Shown here in pieces: positions 61,421 through 64,000 of a stretch of DNA of 64,000 nucleotides. Position 1 is the first letter of the stretch. Every line of letters starts with the position of its first letter. Source of the DNA: Candidatus Cloacimonadota bacterium (GTDB lineage: Bacteria; Cloacimonadota; Cloacimonadia; JGIOTU-2); assembly GCA_049903315.1 (NCBI GenBank), contig JBNGBT010000003.1, forward strand, positions 170,466 through 234,465, written 5' to 3'. A program made the position numbers and the translations under genes. The notes below the pieces were generated by a model. The model was not told the DNA's origin and searched no databases. It was given only the letters and a program-made list of their open reading frames with translations.

Positions 61421-62179
61421 ATGAATCAAAAGATGAAAAAAGCATTAATCATAATCCCGACGTATAATGAATCTGAGAATATTCAAAAGCTCATTCCAAA
61501 AGTGCTTTCTGAAGACAAGCGGGTAGAAATACTGATCGTAGATGATAACTCGCCGGACGGCACTGCCGGACTCGTGAAAGATATCATGAAAACCAATCCG
61601 AAAGTGCATATCCTTGAGCGTGAAGGCAAAATGGGACTTGGAAGTGCGTACATTGCAGGATTCAAATATGCTCTAAAACATAACTATGATTATGTATTCG
61701 AGATGGATGCTGATTTTTCTCACAATCCCGATGATATTCCGGACTTTTTGGAAGCTATCAAAGCAAATGATCTGGTAATCGGATCGCGATATATTACAGG
61801 AGTGAATGTCATAAATTGGCCCTTCCGACGTTTGCTGCTCAGCATTGGTGCATCGAAATATGTACGTTTAATTACATCACTTCCTATCAAAGACCCTACT
61901 GGCGGATTTAAATGCTTCAGGAAGGAAGTTCTCGAAGCGCTCGATCTCGATAATGTGATGTCCGACGGTTACTCGTTTCAAATCGAAGTGAATTACAAAG
62001 TGTGGAAAAAGGGGCTTCGTATAAAAGAGATTCCCATCGTTTTTTACGAACGTATTAACGGGAAATCAAAAATGTCTAAAAAGATTGTACGAGAGGCGAT
62101 TATAAGGGTGTGGCAGTTGCGCTTCTTCCCTGAATACTGGGAGCGTCGTCGAAGAAAAAAGCAGTTAAGAAAATCATAG
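61421..62179 (+). CDS. Polyprenol monophosphomannose synthase-like GT2 glycosyltransferase
   Basis: IIPTYNE, VDDNSPDGT, EMDADFSH, GSRY, GYSFQIE, GKSKMS. Confidence 0.9.
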   Translation: MNQKMKKALIIIPTYNESENIQKLIPKVLSEDKRVEILIVDDNSPDGTAGLVKDIMKTNPKVHILEREGKMGLGSAYIAGFKYALKHNYDYVFEMDADFSHNPDDIPDFLEAIKANDLVIGSRYITGVNVINWPFRRLLLSIGASKYVRLITSLPIKDPTGGFKCFRKEVLEALDLDNVMSDGYSFQIEVNYKVWKKGLRIKEIPIVFYERINGKSKMSKKIVREAIIRVWQLRFFPEYWERRRRKKQLRKS

Positions 62180-62207
62180 TTCATCGTTTTCGCAACAAGT
62201 TGTTTTT

Positions 62208-63071
62208 ATGAAATCCAAATTAAAGATCGTATTAGAATATCTTCTCATTCTCATCGGAGCAGCTCTGATGGGTTTGTCCATTGTGCTGTTTCTATCCCCG
62301 AATAAGATCGCAGCGGGTGGCGTAAGCGGTCTTTCCGTTGTTATCAACCATCTCTTTAATTTTCCCATCGGAATTGTTATGCTGGTATTCAATATTCCCC
62401 TTTTTCTCATCGGATTAAAAGTACTTGGCAAACGATTCGGCATCCGCACGCTCTTTGGTATGATCGCGTTCTCATTATTTACAGATTTTTTTAATAATGT
62501 GCTCCATCTGCCGGCCGTGACAGAAAATCCTCTCCTTGCCAGTCTTTATGGCGGACTCCTTCTTGGTATCGGGCTGGGTATTGTATTCAAGGCAAATGGT
62601 TCGACAGGGGGTTCGGATATCGTAGCCCAGATATTCAGCCAGAAGAGGATCATGACCGCAGGAAATACGTTCATTTTGATAGATTTTATTGTGATCAGTC
62701 TTGCAGGCTTGTGCTTCAAGGGAGTCGAGTATGCACTCTGGGGTTTTATCGCATTATATGTTTCAAGCAAAATCGTTGATGTCATTATTGCCGGACTCGG
62801 CTATGCAAAAGCGTCGCTCATCATATCCGATAAATCTGAAGAAATAAAAGAAATAATATTTGAGAAAATGAACAGGGGCATCACCTTCCTGAAAAGTGAA
62901 GGAGCTTATTCCCACAAAAATCGAGACGTGATCCTGTGCATTGTATCCAGGAGAGAAGTGGCAAAACTCAGTGAAATTGTAAAAGCAACAGATCCCGATG
63001 CGTTTGTGATCATCCAGGAAGTTCATCAAGTTCTGGGCAAGGGCTTCAAACCAAGAGAAAATATTGTATAA
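62208..63071 (+). CDS. YitT family membrane protein (with DUF2179)
   Basis: PNKIAAGGVSG, GSTGGSDI, RGIT, DPDAFV..VLGKGF. Confidence 0.9.
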   Translation: MKSKLKIVLEYLLILIGAALMGLSIVLFLSPNKIAAGGVSGLSVVINHLFNFPIGIVMLVFNIPLFLIGLKVLGKRFGIRTLFGMIAFSLFTDFFNNVLHLPAVTENPLLASLYGGLLLGIGLGIVFKANGSTGGSDIVAQIFSQKRIMTAGNTFILIDFIVISLAGLCFKGVEYALWGFIALYVSSKIVDVIIAGLGYAKASLIISDKSEEIKEIIFEKMNRGITFLKSEGAYSHKNRDVILCIVSRREVAKLSEIVKATDPDAFVIIQEVHQVLGKGFKPRENIV

Positions 63072-63078
63072 TAAAATG

Positions 63079-63155
63079 AACCACGAAATACACGAAAATA
63101 AAATCAATTGGATTTCTATTCTTTCTTATTCTCCTTTTCGTATTTTTTCGTGGTT
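63079..63155. repeat. Imperfect inverted repeat (AACCACGAAA type)
   Basis: AACCACGAAATACACGAAAA (63079-63098) versus TTTTCGTATTTTTTCGTGGTT (63135-63155). Confidence 0.55.
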
Positions 63156-63174
63156 AAAATAAAAAGGAGTTTTT

Positions 63175-63882
63175 ATGGCAAAATTAGGTGTGAACATAGA
63201 TCACATAGCAACAATACGGCAGGCGCGAAAAACCTTCGAGCCGGATCCTGTCGAAGCAGCATTCATTGCAGAAAAACACGGCGCTGATCAGATAACCATT
63301 CATCTACGTGAAGACCGAAGACACATGCAGGACAGAGATTTGCGGATCCTTAGGGAAACTGTGCAGACCAAATTGAACCTTGAAATGGCACCGACCGAAG
63401 AAATGGTCGCTATTGCAAAAGCTGTACGCCCGGACACAGTTACGCTTGTACCCGAAAAACGTGAAGAAGTAACCACCGAAGGCGGTTTGAATCTTGAATT
63501 GAAAGGGCTCGAAGAAAAAATTCAGGAACTCAAAAAAGCCGAGATCTTAGTGAGTGTCTTTATCGATCCTGATAACGAAGTGGTCAAGATGGCACACAAA
63601 CTTGGCGCGGATGCAGTTGAGCTTCATACAGGTTATTTTGCCAATGCCAAAACCGAGGAAGATATCGAAAAAGAAGTAGAGCGCATCAAAGAAGCAGCTC
63701 ATGTAGGTAAAAAACAGGGGCTGTATATTGCTGCCGGGCATGGAATTACATATTTTAATGCCCATTATCTTGCTGATATTAAGGATATTGAAGAATATAA
63801 CATCGGGCACTCGATCATTTCCCGGGCAGTTTTTGTGGGGCTGGGACGAGCAGTTCAAGAGATGAAAACTCTCATTTCCTGA
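63175..63882 (+). CDS. pdxJ: Pyridoxine 5'-phosphate synthase
   Basis: LGVNIDHIATIRQAR, HLREDRRH, NLE, VPEKREEVTTEGG, ELHTG, AGHG, NIGHSII. Confidence 0.97.
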   Translation: MAKLGVNIDHIATIRQARKTFEPDPVEAAFIAEKHGADQITIHLREDRRHMQDRDLRILRETVQTKLNLEMAPTEEMVAIAKAVRPDTVTLVPEKREEVTTEGGLNLELKGLEEKIQELKKAEILVSVFIDPDNEVVKMAHKLGADAVELHTGYFANAKTEEDIEKEVERIKEAAHVGKKQGLYIAAGHGITYFNAHYLADIKDIEEYNIGHSIISRAVFVGLGRAVQEMKTLIS

Positions 63883-64000
63883 ATGATATGCATGCCTACC
63901 TTGCGTTAACCTCTTTTCTCTCCTTTTTGCTCATTCCGTTTTTTCTGGTTAAATTATTAAGAAATCCAATTGAATGGAAGCAGCGATTAGGATTCATCAC

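Noticed and set aside
61029-61424. 131-aa and 69-aa ORFs in the pilin/GT2 intergenic region
   Set aside because: No clear RBS or motif, and they overlap repeats and promoter-like boxes, so they are probably spurious.

Overview
Gene-dense, AT-rich bacterial chromosomal segment with mostly minus-strand genes. The gene content (FlgD-Ig/T9SS-type C-terminal domains, GWxTD protein, DUF6754-type operon, co-located GGGPS/DGGGPS) suggests an anaerobic FCB-group bacterium, most likely Ca. Cloacimonadota; this is an inference. Main blocks: (1) an acn-aclB-aclA-icd citrate/2-oxoglutarate operon built on ATP-citrate lyase; (2) a ~18 kb signalling region with a Cache-HAMP-PP2C/STAS/SBP/5TM-LYT operon, a PPDK-derived protein lacking the pyruvate/PEP barrel, and a five-gene operon in which an NCS2 permease with altered ligand residues and an RsbW-like tail lies between a diguanylate cyclase and a histidine kinase, downstream of two output-less Cache proteins; (3) Ntn hydrolase, DEAD helicase and moxR-dhaK-dhaL; (4) an uncharacterised four-gene DUF6754-type membrane operon; (5) an AT-rich surface-modification block and a large beta-helix/FG-GAP/cohesin-dockerin surface protein; (6) an archaeal-type ether-lipid operon (polyprenyl synthase, DGGGP synthase, GGGP synthase, plus a PHP phosphatase); (7) housekeeping genes (priA, yraN, dnaE, rplU-rpmA, rng, radical SAM, pilin, GT2, yitT, pdxJ). 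No rRNA, tRNA, CRISPR array or transposase was recognised. REP-like palindromes and a recurrent perfect TTGACA box occur in intergenic DNA. All calls come from motif recognition by eye; no database searches were run.
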